Positions 20,289 to 29,968 are shown, numbered from the stretch's first letter. The stretch: 45,973 nucleotides of DNA from an uncultured Collinsella sp. (GCA_958438125.1 CAUBQN010000001.1:1-45973); one strand, 5' to 3'. Numbers and translations are program-made. Notes: generated by a model not told the origin, from the letters alone.

Positions 20289-20550
20289 GCCCCGCCGGCG
20301 TGTAAAAGAAACGAGCCCGCATCCCTTGGGGACACGGGCTCGAAAGCTCCATATGGTAGGGGCGGTGGGACATCCGCGCATTTGCTGCGCAAATACGCAC
20401 CGGCTTCGGCCGCCTGTCGGCGCCCTCGCCGGCTCGCTACGGACGCTGCGCGTCCGCTTAACGCTCGCCCCCTCGCGGGTTCGAGTCCCGCCGGCATCTA
20501 AAAGAAGCGAGCCCGCATCCCTGGGGAACACGGGCTCGCAAGCAATCACA
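20289..20550 (-). repeat. tRNA-linked repeat: duplicated tRNA 3' end plus terminator, about 197-bp period
   Basis: TGGTAGGGGCGGTGGGAC at 20354 and 20551; the CGAGCCCGCATCCC...CACGGGCTCG hairpin is present twice. Confidence 0.8.
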
Positions 20551-20635
20551 TGGTAGGGGCGGTGGGACTCGAACCCACAATCCTTGCGGCGAGAGATTTT
20601 AAGTCTCCTGCGTATGCCAATTCCGCCACGCCCCC
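20551..20635 (-). tRNA. tRNA-Leu(TAA)
   Basis: Minus strand GGGGGCGTGGCGGAATTGGCATACGCAGGAGAC-TTAAAA-TCTC...GGGTTCGAGTCCCACCGCCCCTACCA: cloverleaf, long variable arm, encoded CCA. Confidence 0.96.
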
Positions 20636-20666
20636 GTGAGACTAGAAGTCTAGCACAAGCCGTCCG

Positions 20667-21290
20667 CTACGCGTTGACGGCCATCGAGTGTTGGCCCGAC
20701 TTTTCCAAGTACTCGGCATACTTGGCCTCGTCGCCCTTGTTTTGGTATTGCATGGCCAGCAGGTACTCCAGACGGCAGCGCTTGACCGGGTCGTTGCCGA
20801 CACCCTCGAGCATGCGCTCCAGCTCGGGAATGTCGTTGTGGCGCTTGAGGATCATCGTGTCGTACATCAGCTGGCACTCGTGCGCAACTGCCTCGGCCTG
20901 ACCGCCCTCAAAGCCCTTGATCTCGTGCAGCAACTCCTTGGACTTTTTGCGGTCCTCCTGGCCAACATAGTAGTTAAAGGCTTTGATCACCAGGTCGACG
21001 CGCTGCATCTTGGGGAGGTTGAGCCCCAGCAGCAGGTCGAACATCTCGCTGGCACGCTCGTGGTCCTCGCGCAGCAGATAGGAGTTCAGGCGCAGGTAGT
21101 CGCGGTTGTAGCGTGGGTACAGCATGCTGGTGAGTTTGCCGTCGAGCAAACGATCGAACTCGTCCCACTGCTTGGCGGCCATCAATTGCTGCAGGCGTTT
21201 AAACGTGGTGCGTTTTTTGACGCTAAAGAACACCGACACGGCGATGCAGATGATAACGACGGCGGTCCAGAGGGTGCGGGAATCGGGCAT
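20667..21290 (-). CDS. Hypothetical membrane-anchored helical (TPR-like) protein
   Basis: N-terminal TM segment (LWTAVVIICIAVSVFF) followed by charged helical sequence; AAGGA RBS before ATG 21290. Confidence 0.7.
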   Translation of the reverse strand: MPDSRTLWTAVVIICIAVSVFFSVKKRTTFKRLQQLMAAKQWDEFDRLLDGKLTSMLYPRYNRDYLRLNSYLLREDHERASEMFDLLLGLNLPKMQRVDLVIKAFNYYVGQEDRKKSKELLHEIKGFEGGQAEAVAHECQLMYDTMILKRHNDIPELERMLEGVGNDPVKRCRLEYLLAMQYQNKGDEAKYAEYLEKSGQHSMAVNA

Positions 21291-21453
21291 TTCAGAGTCC
21301 TTAGTCGCTCTTAAAGCGAGCGGTATGACAACACGTACTAGATGTATTATACGCAGCGTGCAAGCAAACTGGCATAAAAGCTCATCGAGGCTGAGTGCCA
21401 TCGCTCGCTGCGGTACACTTACCTAAAGTAAACCATGAAGGGAGACATTACCT

Positions 21454-21741
21454 ATGAAGAAGATCGTTTTGGCTTGCGGTGCTGGCGCTGCTACTTCCAC
21501 ACTCGTTGCCCAGAAGGTCGCCACCTTGCTCGACGCCAACGGTTACGCCGACAAGTACGAGATCGTGCAGTGCGCCATCTCCGAGGCCAAGGACTACTGC
21601 GACGAGGGCGCCGACCTGCTGATCGCCACCACCGTTGCCCCCGAAGGCCTCACCTGCCCGTACGTGAGCGGCGTGCCCTTCATGACCGGCATGAACCGCG
21701 TCGCTGCCGAGAAGGCCGTTCTCGACGTCATGGCTCAGTAG
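21454..21741 (+). CDS. PTS EIIB, galactitol/ascorbate family (GatB-like), orphan
   Basis: KKIVLACGAGAATST phospho-Cys loop; GVPFMTG. Confidence 0.85.
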   Translation: MKKIVLACGAGAATSTLVAQKVATLLDANGYADKYEIVQCAISEAKDYCDEGADLLIATTVAPEGLTCPYVSGVPFMTGMNRVAAEKAVLDVMAQ

Positions 21742-21752
21742 GCACTGCCTGT

Positions 21753-22127
21753 ATGAGTGAGCAGAACGTCAACCCGGTCGAGCTCTTTGGCATGCGCGTT
21801 GCCCATGTGGGCATTAACGCCGCCGACCCGGCAGACGCCCTGGAGATCGCGGAGCTGTTCTCGACGATGATGGGCCTGCCTGTTATCGAGACCCCGGTTT
21901 CGTACTTCAACGATTCGCTGGTCGAGGTCATGAAGCAGAACGGTCGTGGCACCAAAGGCCACATCGGCTTTGCCGTTAACGACATCGATGCAGCTGAGAA
22001 GTGGTTTGCCGAGCGCGGGCTCGAGGTCAACGAGGAGTCGCGCGCGCTGCTACCCGACGGTGGTACCAAGCTCGTGTACTTTAAGCGCGAGTTCGCCGGC
22101 TTCGCCGTGCACCTGTGCCGCGAGTAG
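21753..22127 (+). CDS. VOC/glyoxalase-fold protein
   Basis: AHVGIN, EVMK..GRGTKGHIGFAVNDID, YFKREFAGFAVHL; likely start ATG 21753. Confidence 0.7.
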   Translation: MSEQNVNPVELFGMRVAHVGINAADPADALEIAELFSTMMGLPVIETPVSYFNDSLVEVMKQNGRGTKGHIGFAVNDIDAAEKWFAERGLEVNEESRALLPDGGTKLVYFKREFAGFAVHLCRE

Positions 22128-22151
22128 CGCACAAGCTGTCATAGCTAGCAA

Positions 22152-22183
22152 AAAGGGATAGGGCTGCGTGGCCCTATCCCTTT
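22152..22183. terminator. Bidirectional terminator
   Basis: AAAGGGATAGGGC-TGCGTG-GCCCTATCCCTTT between convergent genes. Confidence 0.75.
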
Positions 22184-22202
22184 ATTTATGCCGAGGGGCT
22201 TC

Positions 22203-23498
22203 CTACCGCGGCAGGCGAATCGTAAAGCGGCTGCCGACGCCCTCGACCGAGGTCACGCCGATGACGCCGCCGTGGCTATCGACGATCCACTTGGCGATGG
22301 CGAGCCCCAGGCCCGAGCCCTGCGCTCCGGCATCGCGCGCGTTGTCGGCGCGGTAGAACCGCTCGAACGCGTGAGCTGCGGATTCCTGGTTCATGCCGAT
22401 GCCCTCGTCCTCAACGCTTATGTCGATCGTGCCCGCGCCCGCATCCGGCGCTACGCCAAACGAGATGGGCGTGCCCGCGTCCGAATACTTGGCGGCGTTT
22501 TGCACGATCACGCGCAGAGCCTGCTTCACGAGCGCGACATCGACGGACGCGTCGCAGCGCGGGTCGCTGATAAGCGCAGCGTCAAAGGCCAGCCGATACG
22601 TGTGCCCGGCATCGATCATCTGCGATTCTTCGCAAACCTCGCCGACCAGTGCAGCCAGGTTGGTATGCGCACGCCGCAGGACCGTGCGCCCGGCATCGCC
22701 GCGCGCCAAAAACAGCAGCTGCTCCACGAGCTCCTGCATGTGCTCGCTTTCGGCCTTGAGGGACGCGATGGATTCCGCCAGCACGTCCGGGTCGTCTTTG
22801 CCCCAGCGGTCGAGCATGTTCACGTAGCCCTGAATCACCGCGATGGGCGTGCGCAGCTCGTGGCTTGCATCGTTGACAAAGCGCATCTGCTGCAGCTTGG
22901 CCTCTTGCATCTGGCGCAGCAGGCGGTTGAGTGCGACCTCGATGCTTGCCAGGTCGGCGTCGCCGGTGGTGACGCTCGGCGAGTCGACGCTCGCGCGCTC
23001 GATGGCTTGCTCCAGCGTTTCCATCTTGCCGCCGGAGAGCTGCATGCGGCCGAGCTCGTCCACGCGCAGGGCCAGGTCGTTGAGCGGCGCCATGGTGCGG
23101 CGCACACGGCGAGCGCCGCCGAGCATATCGAGCATGCTGATGACCTGCCAACCTACAACAACGATATAGAGGGGCCAAAGTGCGATGAGGTCCTGCGCGA
23201 GGGGGAAGGTCTTGGTGGTACGCGCAAGCTTGACGGTATAGGTGAGCGTTGTCAGGTCCCAGCCGCGCGCGGGCTTCAGCGACATGCCGCGAACGGTGGC
23301 GCCGGGGATCCATCCTGCGGTAAACGCGCTGTCGGGCAGTGTCTGGTTGTATCCATAGACGAGGATCGCCGCCGCAATCACCACCAGCAACAGATCGAGC
23401 CAGACGTAGCTCATCAGGCGGCGCCACATATAGCTCCAGTTGATGGCGCGGGCGATGGAGGTGACGCGCTTGGCCTCGGCGTTACGTGCGGCAGACAT
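22203..23498 (-). CDS. Sensor histidine kinase (ArlS-like)
   Basis: Two TM segments, DASHELRTP, NAAKYS, DEGIG, FERFYR, GSGLGLAI. Confidence 0.92.
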   Translation of the reverse strand: MSAARNAEAKRVTSIARAINWSYMWRRLMSYVWLDLLLVVIAAAILVYGYNQTLPDSAFTAGWIPGATVRGMSLKPARGWDLTTLTYTVKLARTTKTFPLAQDLIALWPLYIVVVGWQVISMLDMLGGARRVRRTMAPLNDLALRVDELGRMQLSGGKMETLEQAIERASVDSPSVTTGDADLASIEVALNRLLRQMQEAKLQQMRFVNDASHELRTPIAVIQGYVNMLDRWGKDDPDVLAESIASLKAESEHMQELVEQLLFLARGDAGRTVLRRAHTNLAALVGEVCEESQMIDAGHTYRLAFDAALISDPRCDASVDVALVKQALRVIVQNAAKYSDAGTPISFGVAPDAGAGTIDISVEDEGIGMNQESAAHAFERFYRADNARDAGAQGSGLGLAIAKWIVDSHGGVIGVTSVEGVGSRFTIRLPR

Positions 23499-24261
23499 AG
23501 CCCACCCCGCGCACGGTCTGGATGATGCGGGCACCGCCGGCGTCCTCGATCTTGGCGCGCAGGTGCGCGATGTGCACGTCGACGTTGTTGGTGTCGCCCA
23601 CGTATTCGTAGCCCAGCGCCTCGTGCGCAATGCGCTCGCGCGTGAGCACGGTGCCGGCATGTGCCATAAGCAGGGCGAGGACGTCGAACTCGCGGGCGGT
23701 CAGCACGATGGGCGAGCCGCCGACCGTGACTTCGCGGCGGTCGGGATCGAGCGCGACCGAACCCACGGTGAGCGCGGCGGGGGAGGGCGAGGCGGAAGCC
23801 TGGGCCGAGTCGCTGACCGGGGGTATCGCAGCGTCGCTCCCGCCCGCGTCGCTCGCCGCGCCCGTCCCGATGCCGCCAACGCCCGAAGCCGTCCGCACGG
23901 CCTCCGAGCGCTTCAGCGCAACGCGGATCCGTGCGAACAGCTCCTCAATGGCAAACGGCTTGGTTAGGTAATCGTCAGCACCTGCATCGAGCCCGGCCAC
24001 CTTGTCCATCACGGCGTCTCGCGCGGTGACCATAATCACCGGCACATCCTTGTGCTTGCGTACGCGCCGCAGGACCTCCATGCCGTTGAGCTGCGGCAAC
24101 AGCACGTCGAGCAGAATCAGATCGTAGTCGCGCTCCAGCGCCAGGTCCACGGCGGTGCGGCCGTCGGCGGCGTGCTCCACCTGGTAGCCCTCGTGCTCCA
24201 GCTCGAGCGTCACAAAGCGGGCGATTTTCTCCTCGTCCTCTACGATCAGGATTCGTGCCAT
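23482..24261 (-). CDS. OmpR-family response regulator
   Basis: ILIVEDE, LLDVLLP, GADDYLTKPF, LTAREF, IQTVRGVGY. Confidence 0.95.
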   Translation of the reverse strand: MARILIVEDEEKIARFVTLELEHEGYQVEHAADGRTAVDLALERDYDLILLDVLLPQLNGMEVLRRVRKHKDVPVIMVTARDAVMDKVAGLDAGADDYLTKPFAIEELFARIRVALKRSEAVRTASGVGGIGTGAASDAGGSDAAIPPVSDSAQASASPSPAALTVGSVALDPDRREVTVGGSPIVLTAREFDVLALLMAHAGTVLTRERIAHEALGYEYVGDTNNVDVHIAHLRAKIEDAGGARIIQTVRGVGYVCRT

Positions 24262-24279
24262 ACGTGCCCCCGTCTGCGA

Positions 24280-24822
24280 TTACTTGTCGTCGTTGAGATT
24301 TTGCTTGATGTCGTCCGCGGCATCGGTAGCGTGATTCATAAGGTTGTTGATGCTGCCGGGCACGTCGCCGTCGCTATCGATGCGGTAACGCATGCCAAAG
24401 AACAGGCCAATCAGCATCAGCCATATCGTGGCGCCCCAGGCAAACAGCGCGACGATGGGGATCAGGATGGGAATGTTGAGGATGATCGCATCGCGCCGCG
24501 TGGCGATAAACTTGGTGTCCAGACTCAGGCGGAAGAGCTTTTTGAGGTATTCCCACACGCCGTCCATCTTCTTGGAGAAGTCGGTCTTTTCGCTCGACTT
24601 CTCGTAGGCGGCCTGCGCGGCGACCATCTCGGCCGAGGGTTCATCGACCGGCTCGGGCTCGGTGGCGGCATGCGCCGACGTGGTCTGCGTCTTGCCCTGT
24701 GACTCGAGCCAAATGATGGCGTCCAAAACGTTGCCGTCGGCGGCGTCGAGCGCGGCCTTGGCATCGGTGTAGCTCACGTTGCACTTGGTGCGGATGGTTT
24801 CAACTTTTTCGAGGTCGTCCAT
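24280..24822 (-). CDS. Hypothetical protein with UBA-like N-terminus and DUF4342-like domain
   Basis: EKVETIRTKCNVSYTDAKAALDAADGNVLDAIIWLE; hydrophobic C-terminal half; first gene of the two-component operon. Confidence 0.65.
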   Translation of the reverse strand: MDDLEKVETIRTKCNVSYTDAKAALDAADGNVLDAIIWLESQGKTQTTSAHAATEPEPVDEPSAEMVAAQAAYEKSSEKTDFSKKMDGVWEYLKKLFRLSLDTKFIATRRDAIILNIPILIPIVALFAWGATIWLMLIGLFFGMRYRIDSDGDVPGSINNLMNHATDAADDIKQNLNDDK

Positions 24823-25017
24823 GACCTGTCCTTTCGTTCGATGGGCGCGAGCGTTGCGTTCGGCGGCCTGCGTTGCGCGGCGCCGCCCCGCCCCTTGTTC
24901 GAACTCTATAGTGCAGGTTATAGATTAAGCGATTCTTGAGCCAAGATTAATGTTGGATGAGTTTTTGGGTGGTGTGGGGAAGGGAGAGGTGTCTTTTTGG
25001 ATAGCTAACAGCGAGGC

Positions 25018-25189
25018 CTAACACTTTTCCCGAGAAGTGAACGAGCTAAAACGGACCCCCGAAGCATCGACACTTTAAAGGTGCCGCTTCCTGCGGTTTC
25101 GGCGCTGAAATCCTGCGATTTTGCCGCCGAAAAATGCGGATGTTTCAGGGGTTCAAAAACAGCCATTCACTTCTCGGGAAAAGTATTAG
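25018..25189. mobile_element. 172-bp MITE-like element with 23-24-bp terminal inverted repeats
   Basis: CTAACACTTTTCCCGAGAAGTGAA ... TTCACTTCTCGGGAAAAGTATTAG (1 mismatch); non-coding interior. Mobility is inferred. Confidence 0.6.
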
Positions 25190-25355
25190 ACCTCGATAGC
25201 GGGGGATGTGGTGCCGGTGCAAAACGGCGTCAAAGGTTGGTCGAGCAGGCGGTTTCTCCATTGATGTCCGCACAGCATGTGACACTTACCCTGCCGCCCC
25301 GCTCTGCCGCGGCGGCATGCGTCTGAACAACGACCCTCTAAGGAGTTCGATACCG

Positions 25356-25595
25356 ATGAGTGACAACGCAAAGCATCTCGCAAAGAAGTGCGTTAAGGAC
25401 GCGGGGCCGTGCCTCGCGCTGTGCGTAGCCGGCGCAGCGGTCGCGCTGCTGGCTGTTCTGGGGCCGTTCGACGTGCTCCGAAGTGCCAGCTTTCTGCATG
25501 TTTGCATGGCTCTTGCCGGCGCCACGATGACCGGCGGCGTGCTCGATCTGATCTTTTGGGTGTTTGACCCGTTTGGATGGAAGAGCGAGGGGTAG
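25356..25595 (+). CDS. Small hypothetical membrane protein
   Basis: AAGGAG RBS; 79 aa with two hydrophobic segments. Confidence 0.55.
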   Translation: MSDNAKHLAKKCVKDAGPCLALCVAGAAVALLAVLGPFDVLRSASFLHVCMALAGATMTGGVLDLIFWVFDPFGWKSEG

Positions 25596-25680
25596 GTCCC
25601 AAAGGATGGAAGGGCTGGAACGGTTGACTTAGTGATCGTGCAGAATGTGGGCTAGCGACTTACAGGGAAGTGGTGATCCG

Positions 25681-26406
25681 ATGACGGTCTATGTGACGGG
25701 CGATATTCACGGCGGCGTCGACATGCAAAAGCTTCGCGACTGGGATCTTGGGGATGGTCTGACAAGTGACGACTATCTCATCATCGCGGGCGACTTTGGC
25801 TTTCCGTGGGATTTCTCTGCCGAGGAATGTGCCGACATCGCCTGGCTGGAGTCGCGCCCCTATACCGTGCTGTTTGTCGACGGCAACCACGAGCGTTTCG
25901 ATCACTGGTCGGAGCGCCCCATGGAGCTGTGGCACGGCGGCCTGACGCAGCGTCTGTCGGACACCTCGCCCATCCGACGCCTGACGCGCGGTGAGGTTTT
26001 TGAGCTCGACGGCTCAACGATCTTTACCATGGGCGGCGCCACGAGCGTGGATAAGGAATACCGCATTCCGTATCCCAGCTGGTGGCCGCAGGAGCTGCCG
26101 GACGAGCGCAACTTTGAGGAGGCGCGGGCAAAGCTCGACAGCGTGGGTTGGAAGGTCGACTATGCGATCACCCATACCTGCTCCGCGCGCATGCTTTCGC
26201 CCACGCTTTACCCGGCACCTGGCTGGAATTATCCCGATGTCGATCGACTCACCACGTTTTTCGACGAGCTGGAGGACCACCTGGACTACAAGCGCTGGTA
26301 CTACGGGCATTTTCATCGTGACGCCAACCCAGCCGAGTGCCACACCGTGCTCTACGACTGTATTGTCCGCCTGGGCGACGAACTCCAGCCCTGGGATGTC
26401 GCGTAG
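25681..26406 (+). CDS. Metallophosphoesterase (calcineurin-like)
   Basis: GDIHG, GDFG, DGNHE, GGATSVDK, ITH, GHFH. Confidence 0.9.
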   Translation: MTVYVTGDIHGGVDMQKLRDWDLGDGLTSDDYLIIAGDFGFPWDFSAEECADIAWLESRPYTVLFVDGNHERFDHWSERPMELWHGGLTQRLSDTSPIRRLTRGEVFELDGSTIFTMGGATSVDKEYRIPYPSWWPQELPDERNFEEARAKLDSVGWKVDYAITHTCSARMLSPTLYPAPGWNYPDVDRLTTFFDELEDHLDYKRWYYGHFHRDANPAECHTVLYDCIVRLGDELQPWDVA

Positions 26407-26421
26407 GGGCGGGGTGGCTGG

Positions 26422-27441
26422 CTACTCGACCGTTACAGTGATGTTTTCCCGATGCGTGCGGATAACATCCCAGCTAAAGTGCTCGACCAGCTGCTCGGCA
26501 GAGCGCGGTGTGGCGTCCGGCGCGATGCCTGTTTGCCCGGCGAGCCAGCCCAGTAGTGCCTCGGGCGCGCCAAAGCGGGTGCGGAGCTCGCCCAGGTCCA
26601 GGTCGCGGTCGCGCTTGGAAAGGCGGCGGCCATCCGGCGACATGAGCAGCGGAATGTGCGCGTAGTGCGGCGTGGGAAGTTCCAGCAAATGCTGCAGGTA
26701 GATTTGGCGCGGCGTGGAGCCCAGCAGATCGCATCCGCGCACGACCTCGGTGACGCCCATGGCAGCGTCGTCGACCACCACGGCTAGCTGGTAGGCAAAA
26801 ACGCCGTCGCTGCGGCGCACCAAAAAGTCGCCGCATTCGGTGGCGAGTGCTTCGCATTGGGCTCCATACGTGCGGTCCACGAATTCGATCACATCGTTTG
26901 CGAGGTCGTCGACGGCGGGTACGCGCAGGCGCGTGGCCGGAGCGCGCAGAGCGCTGCGGCGGGCAACCTCCTCGGCAGAAAGGTCTCGGCAGGCGCCGCG
27001 GTAGATGGGCGTGCCGTCGCTCGCGTGCGGCGCGCTCGCGGCGTGGAGTTCGGCACGCGTGCAAAAACAGGGATAGGTGAGGCCGGCGTCTTGCAGCTGA
27101 CGCAGGGCGTCCTCGTACAGATCCAGGCGATCGTGCTGGTAGTAGGGGCCTTCGTCCCACTCCAGTCCCAGCCAGGCCAGGTCGTCAATCAATTGAGTGG
27201 CAAGTTCCGGGCGCTTGCAGCGATCGTCCAGGTCCTCGATGCGCAGCACGATGCTGCCGCCTTGGCTGCGGGCCGAAAGCCACGAGCACAGGCAGCTGAA
27301 CACGTTGCCCAAGTGCATGCGGCCCGAGGGCGACGGGGCAAAGCGGCCCACGACGGGGGTGGGGGCGGAGGCGAGCTTGCTGTTGGGCGCCGTCGACGTG
27401 GCCACAGTGGGCGTTGCTATGTTGCGTGCGTTGATATCCAT
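26422..27441 (-). CDS. gluQ: Glutamyl-Q tRNA(Asp) synthetase
   Basis: RFAPSPSGRMHLGN, RIEDLD, YPCFCTR, YQLAVVVDD, VRGCDLL, RLSKR; no anticodon-binding domain. Start uncertain. Confidence 0.88.
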   Translation of the reverse strand: MDINARNIATPTVATSTAPNSKLASAPTPVVGRFAPSPSGRMHLGNVFSCLCSWLSARSQGGSIVLRIEDLDDRCKRPELATQLIDDLAWLGLEWDEGPYYQHDRLDLYEDALRQLQDAGLTYPCFCTRAELHAASAPHASDGTPIYRGACRDLSAEEVARRSALRAPATRLRVPAVDDLANDVIEFVDRTYGAQCEALATECGDFLVRRSDGVFAYQLAVVVDDAAMGVTEVVRGCDLLGSTPRQIYLQHLLELPTPHYAHIPLLMSPDGRRLSKRDRDLDLGELRTRFGAPEALLGWLAGQTGIAPDATPRSAEQLVEHFSWDVIRTHRENITVTVE

Positions 27442-27784
27442 GCGGACGAGTATAGCGCGGGGCGCGGTGGGGGAGACGCTGCCGTGGACTGCAAGTTGCC
27501 GAGGCCGCACGTTGCGCGTGCCGGACCACCGGCTCGACAGCTCGATCGTCGCCCGCCAGCCCAACCTCTCAAACGACAGAAACCCCGGCAGCTCTTCGCA
27601 ACTGCCGGGGTTTCCGCGGAAAAGGGGGACATGATCCTCGAGCGAACGGCAAAGGGGCAAACCGTTTTCGCTCAACTGCTTTATGCCCCTTGCTCGCGGA
27701 CTCAATCAGTGCGCGTCGCGGCAACACAAAGCCGCTACACCTGTGACGGAGCTATGAAGTGGTATCTATGGCCGGAGCGGGCTA

Positions 27785-27838
27785 TGCCAAGGAGTGTCCC
27801 AGATTGCCGGCAGATAAGGAACGTCCCCAGGTGCCGGC
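27785..27838 (+). repeat. 27-bp-period doublet repeat, copy 2
   Basis: TGCCAAGGAGTGTCCCAGATTGCCGGCAGATAAGGAACGTCCCCAGGTGCCGGC. Confidence 0.8.
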
Positions 27839-27950
27839 CGCGGGTGTGACTTTCATCCCGTTTGGCGCTCCGGTCGCCTAGATGTTCGTCATGCGTACCC
27901 GCAAACGTGGGACAATGGCGCTGTTGGTTTTACAGACAAAGGATGTGCCT

Positions 27951-29894
27951 ATGAACACCCTCGCCGCCAAAGTCAGCCGGCAGCGCCACCTGTTTGCGCG
28001 ATTCGCTTCCGTCTGCGTGCTCGTCACACTTGTGTTGTTGCTGCTGCCTGTCGCCGCGCACGCCGACGGCTACTCCATGACCCAAACTTATATCAGTGCC
28101 ACGGTCGAGGCCGATGGATCGCTGACCGTTGTCGAGGGACGCCAGTTTGATTTCGACGACGACATCAACGGCGTGTTTTGGGAGATCAATACGGGTACCA
28201 ACCAGCAGGGCGGCACGGCGGGCGTCGATGTGCTGAGTGTCGAGGAAGAGGACACCGCGTTTAACAAAGTCGATAGCGCGAACAAGGGCGACTCTGGCGT
28301 CTATACGGTCGAGCAGACCGGTGACGGCGTAAGGATTAAGGTGTTCAGCCCTCACGAGAGCGGCGACAGCGCGATCTATTACGTGAGCTACACCATGACC
28401 GGTGCGGTCATGAACTGGGCCGATACCGCCGAGCTCTACTGGAAGTTCGTGGGCGACGGCTGGTCTGCGGATTCCGACGATGTCGAGATGGAAGTGCGCT
28501 TCGCAAATGCCGCTGCCGGGACGGCGGCCGTCAAGGGCGATAACTTCCGCGCATGGGGCCACGGTCCGCTGACGGGCGACGTGTCGCTCGATGAGGACGA
28601 GCCCATGGTCACCTATACCATTCCCTGCGTGCATCAGGGCGAATTCGCCGAGGCACGCATCGCCTTCCCCAACGACTGGGTGCCGCAGCTTGCCGCCTCG
28701 GGCGAAGAGCGCATGTCAACGATCCTGAGCGAAGAGAAGGAATGGGCCGACGAAGCTAACGCCCGCCGCGCTCACGCTCGCATGATTGCCAATGCACTTG
28801 CCGTGCTAAGTGTTGTTGCGGCGGTGGCCTTTACCGGCACAATCGTTATGCTCAAGCTGCGCAAGCGCAAGCCCAAGCCGTTTTTCCAGGACGAATATTT
28901 CCGCGATGTGCCTTCGGCCGACCATCCCGCCGTGCTTTCGGCCCTCATGAGCTGGAACGAGGTGCCCGATCAGGCATATATCGCCACGCTCATGAAGCTC
29001 ACTGACGACCGTGTGATCAAGCTGGAGCAGGCGACCGCGACCAAGGCCAAGAAGGGCCTGTTGGGGCGTGAAAAAGAAGAGCAGACGTATCGCGTGACGG
29101 TGAGTGATGCGGGCTGGAAGTCGGCCAAGGGCATTGACCACATGGTGCTCAAGGTCTTCTTTGCCGGTACTAAGCCTGACGAGAACGGCGATCGCTCGCG
29201 CACGTTCGACGAGCTACAGCACTACGTCAAGCAGCACGCTACACCCGTGGGCGACAAGCTCGAGGACTATCAGAACACCGTTAAGGGCAAGCTGGCCGAT
29301 AGCGAGTACGTTGCCTCGGACGGCATTGTTGCAATGGTGTTTTGCCTGGTTCTTGGTATCCTGATTGCCTTTGTTCCCGTGGGATCCATTTTCTTTACCG
29401 ATGGCGCACAGGCGAACATTACCGCCGCGGTTATCTCGGTGCCGATTGTGCTGGTGGGTATCGGCGTGGGCCTTACGTTCCGCCGCTTTACGCCGGAGGG
29501 CGCCGAGGTGGCGGCTCGCTGCAAGGCACTTAAGCATTGGCTCGAGGACTTCACGCGTCTAAAGGAAGCCGTCCCCGGCGATCTGGTGCTGTGGAATAAA
29601 CTTCTGGTGATGGGCGCGGCGCTGGGCGTTTCGAAGGAAGTCCTGCGTCAGCTTGCCGAGGCCGTGCCGCCCGAGGTGCGCGAGGCCGACGGTTTCTACG
29701 ACAATTACCCCTGCTACTGGTGGTACTACCATCATTACGGTACCGAGTCGCCGCTCGATTCGTTCGATGATGTGTATCACGAGAGCATCCGTGAGCTGGC
29801 TTCGAGTTCCGATAGCTCGAGCGGCGGCGGTGGCGGCGGCTTCTCGGGCGGCGGAGGCGGCGGCGTCGGCGGAGGCGGCGGCGGAACGTTCTAA
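27951..29894 (+). CDS. DUF2207-family membrane protein
   Basis: Signal peptide (..PVAAHA), AELYWKFVG, AWGHG, TM segments, LWNKLLV...ALGV, C-terminal SSGGGGGGFSGGGGGG tail. Confidence 0.85.
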   Translation: MNTLAAKVSRQRHLFARFASVCVLVTLVLLLLPVAAHADGYSMTQTYISATVEADGSLTVVEGRQFDFDDDINGVFWEINTGTNQQGGTAGVDVLSVEEEDTAFNKVDSANKGDSGVYTVEQTGDGVRIKVFSPHESGDSAIYYVSYTMTGAVMNWADTAELYWKFVGDGWSADSDDVEMEVRFANAAAGTAAVKGDNFRAWGHGPLTGDVSLDEDEPMVTYTIPCVHQGEFAEARIAFPNDWVPQLAASGEERMSTILSEEKEWADEANARRAHARMIANALAVLSVVAAVAFTGTIVMLKLRKRKPKPFFQDEYFRDVPSADHPAVLSALMSWNEVPDQAYIATLMKLTDDRVIKLEQATATKAKKGLLGREKEEQTYRVTVSDAGWKSAKGIDHMVLKVFFAGTKPDENGDRSRTFDELQHYVKQHATPVGDKLEDYQNTVKGKLADSEYVASDGIVAMVFCLVLGILIAFVPVGSIFFTDGAQANITAAVISVPIVLVGIGVGLTFRRFTPEGAEVAARCKALKHWLEDFTRLKEAVPGDLVLWNKLLVMGAALGVSKEVLRQLAEAVPPEVREADGFYDNYPCYWWYYHHYGTESPLDSFDDVYHESIRELASSSDSSSGGGGGGFSGGGGGGVGGGGGGTF

Positions 29895-29909
29895 CGGTCG
29901 TAAGCTATA

Positions 29910-29956
29910 GGATGGGCTTTTCTCGACAGCCGTCGGGGAAAGCCCATCCCATTTTT
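29910..29956 (+). terminator. Intrinsic terminator
   Basis: GGATGGGCTTT...AAAGCCCATCC followed by a T-tract. Confidence 0.7.
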
Positions 29957-29968
29957 ATGCGTTACCTA

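Noticed and set aside
20354..20495. Second tRNA gene
   Set aside because: Only an 18-nt 3' fragment and an oppositely oriented T-arm are present; there is no full cloverleaf.
18775..20635. Prophage or classical genomic island at tRNA-Leu
   Set aside because: No integrase or phage genes; the tRNA-end duplication encloses only about 180 bp and not the ATPase gene.
21435..21752. N-terminal half of the 230-aa ORF as a real fusion
   Set aside because: It overlaps the EIIB gene out of frame and is Arg-rich; the credible gene starts at 21753.
29815..29885. GGC microsatellite as a phase-variation tract
   Set aside because: It encodes the normal in-frame Gly-rich tail of DUF2207 proteins.
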